From positions 98,043 through 162,042 of the IMG/VR virus record IMGVR_UViG_3300027708_000022: a DNA stretch of 64,000 nucleotides; one strand, 5' to 3'. The translations under genes were made by a program, and so were the position numbers. How positions within the stretch are numbered: the stretch's first letter is position 1; each line of letters opens with the position of its first letter. This document shows positions 56,208 through 64,000 of the stretch, one piece after another. The notes beneath the pieces are model-generated. The model was not told where the DNA came from, searched no databases, and was given only the letters and a program-made list of their open reading frames with translations. The DNA is from a virus.

Positions 56208-56236
56208 AGTATAACACAATCCTACTTGGATTGCAA
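56208..56236 (-). promoter_or_regulatory. sigma70-like promoter
   Basis: TTGCAA-17-TATACT with TG extension. Confidence 0.6.
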
Positions 56237-56428
56237 GGACTTTATATAGTCTGTAAGTTGTTGATTTAATTGAGGATTCTTACAGACTTCACTAAGGATA
56301 TCTTTAATACCGTGAGTCTGAAATGCATCCATAACGTCATGGATACAGGAGAAATAATGCATTTCCTGCTGTTCCAGTAATGTGTGGGAATAATCTTCTG
56401 AGGGTGCAAATTGAATTGTATCGTTCAT
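56222..56428 (-). CDS. hypothetical protein
   Basis: 68-aa ORF, AGGAG RBS, own promoter. Confidence 0.65.
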   Translation of the reverse strand: MNDTIQFAPSEDYSHTLLEQQEMHYFSCIHDVMDAFQTHGIKDILSEVCKNPQLNQQLTDYIKSLQSK

Positions 56429-56451
56429 GTATATCTCCTATCAATGCAACC

Positions 56452-56479
56452 AGTATAACACAACTGGTCACCATGTCAA
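56452..56479 (-). promoter_or_regulatory. sigma70-like promoter
   Basis: TTGACA-16-TATACT with TG extension. Confidence 0.6.
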
Positions 56480-56493
56480 GGCAATAATTGATT

Positions 56494-56511
56494 TGTTGCT
56501 TATTTACAACA
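56494..56511. promoter_or_regulatory. operator-like palindrome TGTTG-N8-CAACA
   Basis: TGTTGCTTATTTACAACA upstream of the -35 box. Confidence 0.5.
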
Positions 56512-58083
56512 CTATGGCTTATAAAATATAAAAATTGGCTCATACTTCAACCAGGTCTTATCGTTGATTTTACAAAAGTTTTTAGATTTAGGTAAACCGG
56601 TTACTGTGTCAATACGATTACCACCAGGCATTTGAGCTAATGCCATTTTCAATTTACCTTGATATTGCATTCCAAAGGAAGTTAAAAAGTCTATAGAATC
56701 TTGTTCCAATGGTAATGTTTTACCATCAAAAACAGCATCTGCAATATTCCATAAAAGATATCTATCATTACGAAGATACTCAACACAAGTTTCTAATGTT
56801 TTTCTAAGGAAACCATCTCTCCACAAATCATACTGAGAAAACTTTTTATATGATTGTTCACCATCTTCTGAATAAGCTTCTTTTGAAAAATATGGTGGTG
56901 ATGTAAAAATTATATCCAACTTTCCTTTATATTTCTGAAAAGCAGGATCTTTATGTATCTCTTCAGATCCATGTTGAAAGATTTCATAAGTATGTATTTT
57001 AGGAAACAATCCATTTGCACGATAAGTTTTCGTATTAAAGAATTCTGCAAAATCATGGTATTTTGTTTTACCATTTTCAATATTATGATCCGTATTAGGA
57101 TCAGTACCAATGTAATGAATATTTCTGCTATCATCAACAGATAAAGCACCCAACAATCTACCACCCCATCCTGCTGATGGATCATAGATATTGATTTGAT
57201 CTTGCGTCTTAAAATTTTCTGTAAATTTTTCATACAGAAATTTGGCAGTTAATGGTGGAAAGTTAACTGCACACTGACAAAATGAAATAAGAAAAGCTTT
57301 AAATCCAACAGGAAATAATTTTTGCCCTTTCTCATACAAACGAATACGAAATAATTGTGCATTTTTATGTTCAACATTTGTTTTACATTGTTCAGGTATA
57401 AAAAATGATAACAATTCATCTTTCGCAATTCGTAAGTAAGTTTGATCTTTCCATTCTTCATGAAAACCAGTATATTCTTTACCATCATTTGGTTCAAGCC
57501 AATAGTCATGTGTATCATATACTCTGGCTTTCGTTTCAAACCATTCAATGAATTCTTTTGTTGATGTAGCTTTAAAAACTAATGAATTAATCTCAATTAT
57601 ATCATTAAGTTTAATCGGTATTGAGTGATGATAAAAGGAATCTCTTTTAAAATGTCTTGAAGCATAAGTGATGAATGTATCTAATAATGAATCTTTTGCA
57701 AAGTAATCATAGATAGACTTACCCTTCTCAACATCTTTTGTGTAGTTGATTCTAGTTTTCATCATTGTAGGAAACCATTGATTAACAGCATTACCAATAT
57801 TGCTTGTATTACGAATTATATCCATTTCACCGGTAAATTCATCTTTAATAAGAAACTTATGAACAGGAAACGTAGACATTTTATTGAACTGGTCTATTAT
57901 TTGATGCTCATCATATCCAACTCTAGGTGGTTGTCCCTTTTCATCCCATAACTCAACAACAGTTTTACGAAGGCTAATAGCCCACTCTCGAAACTCGTCT
58001 TTAGTCATTTTCAAAACTTCTTCAAATTTCTTATTGCAAGTAGAATCTATTAGTTCTCTATTCTTTTCGTAAAAATATTTCAT
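56512..58083 (-). CDS. amino-type DNA methyltransferase-like protein
   Basis: IYDPSAGWGGRL, IGTDPN, FTSPPYF..E.Y. Confidence 0.8.
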   Translation of the reverse strand: MKYFYEKNRELIDSTCNKKFEEVLKMTKDEFREWAISLRKTVVELWDEKGQPPRVGYDEHQIIDQFNKMSTFPVHKFLIKDEFTGEMDIIRNTSNIGNAVNQWFPTMMKTRINYTKDVEKGKSIYDYFAKDSLLDTFITYASRHFKRDSFYHHSIPIKLNDIIEINSLVFKATSTKEFIEWFETKARVYDTHDYWLEPNDGKEYTGFHEEWKDQTYLRIAKDELLSFFIPEQCKTNVEHKNAQLFRIRLYEKGQKLFPVGFKAFLISFCQCAVNFPPLTAKFLYEKFTENFKTQDQINIYDPSAGWGGRLLGALSVDDSRNIHYIGTDPNTDHNIENGKTKYHDFAEFFNTKTYRANGLFPKIHTYEIFQHGSEEIHKDPAFQKYKGKLDIIFTSPPYFSKEAYSEDGEQSYKKFSQYDLWRDGFLRKTLETCVEYLRNDRYLLWNIADAVFDGKTLPLEQDSIDFLTSFGMQYQGKLKMALAQMPGGNRIDTVTGLPKSKNFCKINDKTWLKYEPIFIFYKP

Positions 58084-58511
58084 AATCTCTCATGTTTATA
58101 AACTACACCTGGTATACTACCACCTGACCAACTAGTAACACCTACGTTCAACATACCATTTTTTTCATAAAATGCTCTTGCTCTAGGATTCTCAGCACGG
58201 ACAGTTAACCAAACAAGTTTATGCATATTAAAAAATTCATGTATTACTTTTTTTGCATTACCTGAACCTTGTTCTAGTGTAACAATCTGTCCTATATGTG
58301 CATCACCTTTTTCAGCTATCAATTCACCAATTCGCACCTTTCTCTTATAGACACCAAACACAATAACAACACCATCATGTAGAATGACATTATTATTGGC
58401 AAGTTTTCTTTTTAGGTAATCTTGCCTGATATGAGGAAAGTAGTCCTTTTTATATGGTGCAAATATGGATTCTATCACAGATAGATCGTCAATTGTGGCA
58501 ATATTAAGCAT
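58080..58511 (-). CDS. GNAT acetyltransferase
   Basis: QGSGNA, LTVRAENPRARAFYEKNG. Confidence 0.8.
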   Translation of the reverse strand: MLNIATIDDLSVIESIFAPYKKDYFPHIRQDYLKRKLANNNVILHDGVVIVFGVYKRKVRIGELIAEKGDAHIGQIVTLEQGSGNAKKVIHEFFNMHKLVWLTVRAENPRARAFYEKNGMLNVGVTSWSGGSIPGVVYKHERL

Positions 58512-59085
58512 TTTTATTTCCAAGTCGTTTAATTTTCTTAATAAGTTTACTCTGTCTATCTCTTGCTAATTGCAACGCAACTGGCTTTGAATAAGAGGTA
58601 TACTTGATGCCATTCATGTGGTCAAGTTCGTGTTTGAAACATCGGGCAGTTAACCCTTCCATACGCATCTGTTTCAGCTGCCCATTTTCATTGATGAATT
58701 GTGCCATGATCCACTCTGGTCTTTCTACATTTAAAGTTAGTCCCGGAAATGACAAACATCCTTCCTTTTCTTTAATAAAATTAGGTGATGCATCAATGAT
58801 ACTTGGGTTAATACAAGCCCATGAATCATCTGGTGTACCCATAACAAACACCCTTTCAAAGACACCACATTGGTTAGCAGATAGACCAATACCACTATAC
58901 ATCTTCATGGTCATTCGCAGTCTCTTCGAAAGCAATGTCATGTTTGCATTAGGTAAAGGTAAATCATATTCTGGAATACGTTGATCTAACATTGGATGGT
59001 TTTCACCAAACAAGGTCAATGGCTCAACAGTAGGTTCTGCAACACCTGCTTCTATTTCGGTATTAATTGTAAAGACTTCGCTCAT
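58504..59085 (-). CDS. def: peptide deformylase
   Basis: GIGLSANQ, EGCLS, HELDH. Confidence 0.93.
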   Translation of the reverse strand: MSEVFTINTEIEAGVAEPTVEPLTLFGENHPMLDQRIPEYDLPLPNANMTLLSKRLRMTMKMYSGIGLSANQCGVFERVFVMGTPDDSWACINPSIIDASPNFIKEKEGCLSFPGLTLNVERPEWIMAQFINENGQLKQMRMEGLTARCFKHELDHMNGIKYTSYSKPVALQLARDRQSKLIKKIKRLGNKNA

Positions 59086-59279
59086 TATATTAACACCCAA
59101 TCCTCGGCAAAATTTTCTGCCGTTTGTTCGTTATCAAAAAATACAGCCTCATTATAGTTTGTTTCTGCAACATAAAGTAAAACCATATACCTACTATTAT
59201 CATTTTGTGTAACGTATACCTGACTAGTCTTGTTTTCTTTCTCGTCGGCATACTCACTCAATTTCCTAAACTCACTCAT
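59085..59279 (-). CDS. hypothetical protein
   Basis: 64-aa ORF ending AENFAEDWVL. Confidence 0.6.
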   Translation of the reverse strand: MSEFRKLSEYADEKENKTSQVYVTQNDNSRYMVLLYVAETNYNEAVFFDNEQTAENFAEDWVLI

Positions 59280-60988
59280 TTCATTATCCTTGAAAAATTC
59301 TTGACTTTCTCGAACCGGATTACTGACCTGAATTTATCTTGCAGTATATCACCCTTATGAGAAATAACAAACACATTAGTACCTTCTAACATTTGCAAAA
59401 TAGTCATTAGATACTCGGTACCATTAGCATCTAATGAAGAATCAAACACTTCATCTAAAATCAGAAGGTTAGTGTTTGCTGAATTCTTTAACTTAGCAAC
59501 TGCACGCCAGCTAAATAATAAAGCCAAATCAATCTTCTGTTTTTCACCTTCACTAAAACTAGCATATGTAAAATCATCTCTATGCCTTGATTTGATCGTT
59601 TCTTTAAATGATTCATCAAGGTTAAAATTTACAAAGAAATCAAATGATGCTAGATACTTGTTTACCAATTTATTGATGATTGGCAAATATTGTTTGATAA
59701 TCTTGGTTTTAATACCAGTATCTTTCAATAGTCCTGCTGCAGCATCATAGTAAACTTTCTCATCAATCAAGGCCTTCAATTCTTCTTTCAATGATTCTAG
59801 TTTTAATTCCAATTCTTTCAATTCACCTGAAGAATCTTCGGTGTTGGCCTTAGAAACTTTAAGCTCAGCAATCATCTTCTCAAGCTTCTTGATATACTTA
59901 TTAGTCTCTGTAATAGATGTATTGTTTGTTGCAATCTTAATTTGAAGTGCTTGTATCTTCTTCTGTACCTCAGAGATAACATTAAGTTTAGTCTGTTCTT
60001 CTAGGAGTTTTTCTTCCAACTTACCTAGTCCGTGATTACACTCACCGACCTTTAAAGATAATGAATGTAATTCCTCTTCCTTAAACCCCAAGGCAATGGT
60101 TTGCCGGCACGTGGGACAATTATCATTGCCTTGAAAGAAATTGATATCTCTTTGAAATTTGGATAAGTTGCTTTCAATCTGAGATTCAAGTTTCGTAAGT
60201 TTCTTGACTTTAGATTCTGTCTCAGTTTTAGATGCAATCGCCAATTGGTGCCGCTCGACTTCTGCCGTATAGGACTCAATCTCTCCTGATAGGGTGGATA
60301 TAATACTATTACTGCTGTTGATATCGTTGCCGTATTCAACAATCTTCTCATCATTGTTTTGTTTAAGTTCATCAATATGCTTCTTCTGTAATTCGTATTT
60401 TTGTTCACTCAACTCAATGTCGTATTTCTTTGAAGTGGTTAATTCTTTATTGTTTAGATTTTTATCTTTAAGGATGTTATTCATTGCTGAAAAGATTTGG
60501 ATGTCCAATAAATCTTCAATGATTTCTCTACGATCACCAGGTTTCAATTGCATGAATGGTGTAAATGATGCTGAACCAAGAATAACAATCTGTGTGAACG
60601 ACTTGTAGTTTAACTTCAAAATAAACTTTTCAAGGTATTCTTGGTAATCACGGACTGCGGCTTCTTGATTAATCATTACACCGTCACACCAGATTTCAAA
60701 CACAGCAGGCTTAATACCACGAACAATCTTATATGCTTTGTTGCCTGTATTAAACTCAACTTCAACGATACAATCTTTACCATTAATACTGTTCAATAAT
60801 TGAGGTTTAGTAATTGCACGAAAGGCCTTGCCAAACAAGGCGAAACACAACGCATCAAGCATCGTAGATTTACCTGAACCATTAGAACCAACAACTAGGG
60901 TATTAGGTGACTTGTCAAATTGTATTTCGGTAAAATAATTACCGGTACTTAAAAAGTTCCGCCAGCGAATTTTTCGGAATAGTATCAT
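59276..60988 (-). CDS. gp46: recombination endonuclease ATPase subunit (Rad50/SbcC-like)
   Basis: GSNGSGKS, CPTC zinc hook, FSEGE, LILDEVFD. Confidence 0.96.
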   Translation of the reverse strand: MILFRKIRWRNFLSTGNYFTEIQFDKSPNTLVVGSNGSGKSTMLDALCFALFGKAFRAITKPQLLNSINGKDCIVEVEFNTGNKAYKIVRGIKPAVFEIWCDGVMINQEAAVRDYQEYLEKFILKLNYKSFTQIVILGSASFTPFMQLKPGDRREIIEDLLDIQIFSAMNNILKDKNLNNKELTTSKKYDIELSEQKYELQKKHIDELKQNNDEKIVEYGNDINSSNSIISTLSGEIESYTAEVERHQLAIASKTETESKVKKLTKLESQIESNLSKFQRDINFFQGNDNCPTCRQTIALGFKEEELHSLSLKVGECNHGLGKLEEKLLEEQTKLNVISEVQKKIQALQIKIATNNTSITETNKYIKKLEKMIAELKVSKANTEDSSGELKELELKLESLKEELKALIDEKVYYDAAAGLLKDTGIKTKIIKQYLPIINKLVNKYLASFDFFVNFNLDESFKETIKSRHRDDFTYASFSEGEKQKIDLALLFSWRAVAKLKNSANTNLLILDEVFDSSLDANGTEYLMTILQMLEGTNVFVISHKGDILQDKFRSVIRFEKVKNFSRIMK

Positions 60989-62052
60989 TCAGTTTCCGTG
61001 TTCAAAGCTTCAACATAAAGTTCTTTCATTAAAGTCTTTAGTTTATCATTATTCACATTCAAAGTGAGGTTATCAATATACTTAGATAAGATTGTCATCG
61101 TATCTTCTGCCTGGTCTATCAACTCTTGGTCATCATCTAAGGCAACATCGGTAAAGTCCTCAACGATTGATATGTCAGCAACACCTGCCTTATACAGGTT
61201 ATCAATCACATTATCAAATAGGTAAGGGTTCTGTTTGTTCAACACCACAACCTTAACAAATGTATCTTTCAAATTGTTAAAATCATAGTTCTTCCAATGT
61301 TCAAAGTCTTGAGCACCATCATCATAGTTGAGCTTGTAGAACATACGATTTGGATTAGGTACAAATGTCAGTTCTCTTGTCTCGGTATCAAACACATGAA
61401 ACCCACGTTGGTCATTGTAATCTGCCCATGTGATTTCATATTGATTACCAAGATAGAAGATTGAACCATCGTTGGACTTGTGATGGAAATGACCAGAAAG
61501 AACCATATCGAATCTATTAAACAAACTCTTATCTAGACCTGTGTGACAGATATTTCCTCTATCCATCTCAAACCCTGCAATCTCAAAATGCCCAAATACG
61601 ATTTGTGTTTTTGTATTTTCTAAGAAATCTAACGTCTGTTCATAGTTGCTAGAATTAATCCAAGGCACAAGAGCCACTTTTATACCAGCATATTCCATTT
61701 CAACCGGATCAATAAACACATTGATGTTTTCATAACGATCAAACAACTCATGCATGGCATTAATTTCATTTGTGTTCTTGTAAGTAACATCATGATTGCC
61801 AACAATAACGTCCATGTTGATACCATCTCTCTCAAGCACATCAAAGAATCTTTTTCGCCAGGAATTCAAAGTGACAAAGTTGATATATTTTCTACGGTCA
61901 ACAACGTCACCTAAGTGGCAAATCTGTGTGATGTTATTTTCTTTCAAATAAGGAAAGAATGTACCTTCCCAAAACTTAAAGAAATATTCATTAAATCTTG
62001 GGTCATCACCTCTTGCACCGGCGTGGGTGTCATTAATAATTGCTAGCTTCAT
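60985..62052 (-). CDS. gp47: recombination endonuclease nuclease subunit (Mre11/SbcD-like)
   Basis: DTH.G, GDVVD, GNHD, SGHFH. Confidence 0.95.
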   Translation of the reverse strand: MKLAIINDTHAGARGDDPRFNEYFFKFWEGTFFPYLKENNITQICHLGDVVDRRKYINFVTLNSWRKRFFDVLERDGINMDVIVGNHDVTYKNTNEINAMHELFDRYENINVFIDPVEMEYAGIKVALVPWINSSNYEQTLDFLENTKTQIVFGHFEIAGFEMDRGNICHTGLDKSLFNRFDMVLSGHFHHKSNDGSIFYLGNQYEITWADYNDQRGFHVFDTETRELTFVPNPNRMFYKLNYDDGAQDFEHWKNYDFNNLKDTFVKVVVLNKQNPYLFDNVIDNLYKAGVADISIVEDFTDVALDDDQELIDQAEDTMTILSKYIDNLTLNVNNDKLKTLMKELYVEALNTETE

Positions 62053-62642
62053 TCTTTATCTTCTTCACCAATTTCATCGTGTATAATATCAATATCTTCA
62101 ATTAAAGGAATATCTTCCTCAATAAATTTCTCAAGACCTTTTATCTTTGCTTTCTTTTTGCTTTCTTTAGCTAACTCATATGTTTCAATAAACTCAGCAA
62201 TGTTATCATACATTTGAAATTGTTGCATCTTACCATGTGCATCTTCATACATTTCACCTTCATTGAGCAATCCAAATTGTTGTGTTGCCTTATACTTAAC
62301 ATATAACTGTTTCTTCTCTTTGGCAATCCTACGGAGAAAAGCAAAGTAAATAATTTGAGTGAAGTATGCAAAAGGATTCTTCGACTTATCGGGATCAAAA
62401 TTACGGAAGTATTGAATACAATTTTCAATACCATCACAAATCATTTCATCACGAAACGAATATGATATGAAGTTTGGATTTCGTGAAAAGTTTTCTGCAA
62501 TCTTTAAGAAACATTCGCCAATGTAATTTGGTATAGGCGGATCTTCTTTGCCATTTTCTTTAGCTATTGCACATCTATCGTGGTAATCAATTAATGATGC
62601 TAAAAAATCAGCATTGTTGACGTAATGGGTTTTCTTGCTCAT
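62049..62642 (-). CDS. gp55: late-transcription sigma factor
   Basis: HYVNN, YIGECFLKIA, EMICDGIENC, NPFAYFTQI..AFLRRI. Confidence 0.93.
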   Translation of the reverse strand: MSKKTHYVNNADFLASLIDYHDRCAIAKENGKEDPPIPNYIGECFLKIAENFSRNPNFISYSFRDEMICDGIENCIQYFRNFDPDKSKNPFAYFTQIIYFAFLRRIAKEKKQLYVKYKATQQFGLLNEGEMYEDAHGKMQQFQMYDNIAEFIETYELAKESKKKAKIKGLEKFIEEDIPLIEDIDIIHDEIGEEDKE

Positions 62643-62683
62643 AAATTTTCCAATTCACCTTTAGTATTTACTAACATAGTATC

Positions 62684-62711
62684 ATTATAACATAATTTAC
62701 ACATAAGTCAA
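62684..62711 (-). promoter_or_regulatory. sigma70-like promoter upstream of gp55
   Basis: TTGACT-16-TATAAT with TG extension. Confidence 0.55.
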
Positions 62712-62812
62712 GTTTTTTAGGTACTTATCACCATCATTGCCACATTTGTTACTTGACAAGTGATATCATGGTGGTGTTGCTTTGTTAAGTTAGATTATAA
62801 CCAGTAACCATA

Positions 62813-63217
62813 TTAGTGTAATGTTCTCTTCTTAGTACCCTGTTGATACTCCTCCAACTCTGCATATGCAGCTTCTTCTTCCTCTTCAGTAAGTTCTTCA
62901 TCATCATCTACCTCATCATCACTGGCATACATATCTTCTTCAACCTCAACCACGGTAGTATTGTAGTATTCAATGATATGTGGTTTTGGTTCAAACACAG
63001 CTAAAACATCCAATGAGAATATTCTTGCAGATGTATTCTCAACTATCTCCAATGGAATCCAAGGACTCATCATCATAACAGATTTGCCTGATGATAGTCT
63101 TTTAAATATCAATGACATTGGGTTGTTTAGAATAACCGAACTATCGCTATCATCCGAGGTATAATCAGCAATGATATCTTCACCGCTTTGTAGTCTTACA
63201 ATTTTTATATTATCCAT
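62813..63217 (-). CDS. conserved hypothetical protein (Sm-like fold, acidic tail)
   Basis: IKIVRLQSGEDIIA; ends KRTLH. Confidence 0.75.
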   Translation of the reverse strand: MDNIKIVRLQSGEDIIADYTSDDSDSSVILNNPMSLIFKRLSSGKSVMMMSPWIPLEIVENTSARIFSLDVLAVFEPKPHIIEYYNTTVVEVEEDMYASDDEVDDDEELTEEEEEAAYAELEEYQQGTKKRTLH

Positions 63218-63908
63218 TTGCCAACTTTATAGGGTAAAATTTATAGTTAAACTTCTCTTCATCATATAGCTTAACTCTTTCTATTAAGTGTTTGATTGTG
63301 TAGTTGGTAAATTTACCAATTCTAAAGTCATCAGATATATCAAACAAAACTGCTTCTTCTTTATTATCACCTAACCTCAAACCTCGCCCAATGGATTGTA
63401 AATTGCGAATCTTAGATTTAGAGGGACTTGCAAATACAATATTGTGTAGGTTTCGTATGTTGACTCCAGTTGAGAAAGTGCCATAAGAAGCCACGATAAT
63501 AGCATCTTTTTCTTTTTCAGTAATAGAACGGATAGATTCACGGACTTCAACATCGGTACCTCCGTATACAAAAAATACTTGTCTATTCTTGGTGTGTTGT
63601 TTGATTAGTGCGTGTAAATCTCTACCATGTTTTTCTACAAACTGAAATAATATAAGAGTATTACCTTTCAATGATAAAGTTAAATTCTTAATGAATTCGT
63701 TTCTAGCAGGATTCATAACTATATATTCTACTTCTTGATTGTAGTCCCAATCTTTAGCCATCTTACAAATGGTATCAGGGTATTTCAGTATCAAACATTT
63801 AATTCTAAACGCTGCCAGTTGACCCTTTTCAATCAATTCTGCCGTTGATGTGGCCTTGTAAACTGGACCAAATAGTCCTTCTAACACCAATCTATGAACA
63901 TTACTCAT
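63210..63908 (-). CDS. uvsW: UvsW helicase, C-terminal (RecA2) half only
   Basis: LVLEGLFGPV, RNEFI, ASYGTFSTGVNI.NLH, LQSIGRGLR; no motifs I-III. Confidence 0.88.
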   Translation of the reverse strand: MSNVHRLVLEGLFGPVYKATSTAELIEKGQLAAFRIKCLILKYPDTICKMAKDWDYNQEVEYIVMNPARNEFIKNLTLSLKGNTLILFQFVEKHGRDLHALIKQHTKNRQVFFVYGGTDVEVRESIRSITEKEKDAIIVASYGTFSTGVNIRNLHNIVFASPSKSKIRNLQSIGRGLRLGDNKEEAVLFDISDDFRIGKFTNYTIKHLIERVKLYDEEKFNYKFYPIKLANG

Positions 63909-64000
63909 TTTTTTCCATAATATTTTTTAACATTTGTTGTCGTCTTTTTTCTATCAATAATAAAGATTTTTCTTTACCTAAAAGTTCTTCGTATGTTTTG
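63901..64000 (-). CDS. 3' end of a homing-endonuclease-like ORF overlapping the uvsW-C start
   Basis: Reads ...KTYEELLGKEKSLLLIEKRRQQMLKNIMEKNE*; KTYEE.LG.E resembles HEG DNA-binding repeats. Confidence 0.5.
   Translation of the reverse strand, partial: KTYEELLGKEKSLLLIEKRRQQMLKNIMEKNE

Noticed and set aside
62729-62773. Imperfect hairpin upstream of gp55
   Set aside because: Weak interrupted pairing, single copy, no covariation evidence.
170-63571. The many short plus-strand and nested ORFs in the track (e.g. 2480..2851, 50096..50470, 58604..58984)
   Set aside because: Antisense or off-frame shadows of well-supported genes, with no recognisable motif.
1-64000. tRNA, rRNA or CRISPR array
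   Set aside because: Intergenic gaps are short; no cloverleaf or repeat-spacer periodicity seen by eye. tRNAscan-SE and a CRISPR finder would confirm.

Overview
A 64-kb AT-rich segment of a T4-like (Tevenvirinae/Kyanoviridae-type) myophage genome, with almost all genes on the minus strand. The spanin-containing lysis cassette points to a Gram-negative host. It carries the T4 replication/recombination core (uvsW, gp55, gp47, gp46, gp45, gp44, gp62, regA, gp43, uvsX, gp40, gp41, gp61), nucleotide metabolism genes (nrdA, nrdB, thyX, dCMP deaminase, dNMP kinase, two MazG-like proteins) and auxiliary genes (phoH, def, MoxR/CobS-VWA pair, three 2OG-Fe(II) oxygenases). Main highlights: (1) an ~11-kb glycan operon with a 2-epi-5-epi-valiolone-synthase-type cyclase, SDR, kinase-like protein, nucleotidyltransferase and glycosyltransferase-like genes, read as a candidate phage carbasugar (C7-cyclitol) pathway, plus a 3,6-dideoxyhexose pathway; (2) two divergent antisense GIY-YIG-type endonuclease genes sharing a late promoter and a structured leader with compensatory base-pair changes; (3) late genes with T4-like capsid-targeting N-termini and polyprotein-like modular structure; (4) a uvsW that appears split by an endonuclease-like ORF; (5) a probable overprinted gene. 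No tRNA, rRNA or CRISPR array was recognised. All calls come from reading motifs by eye; no searches were run.
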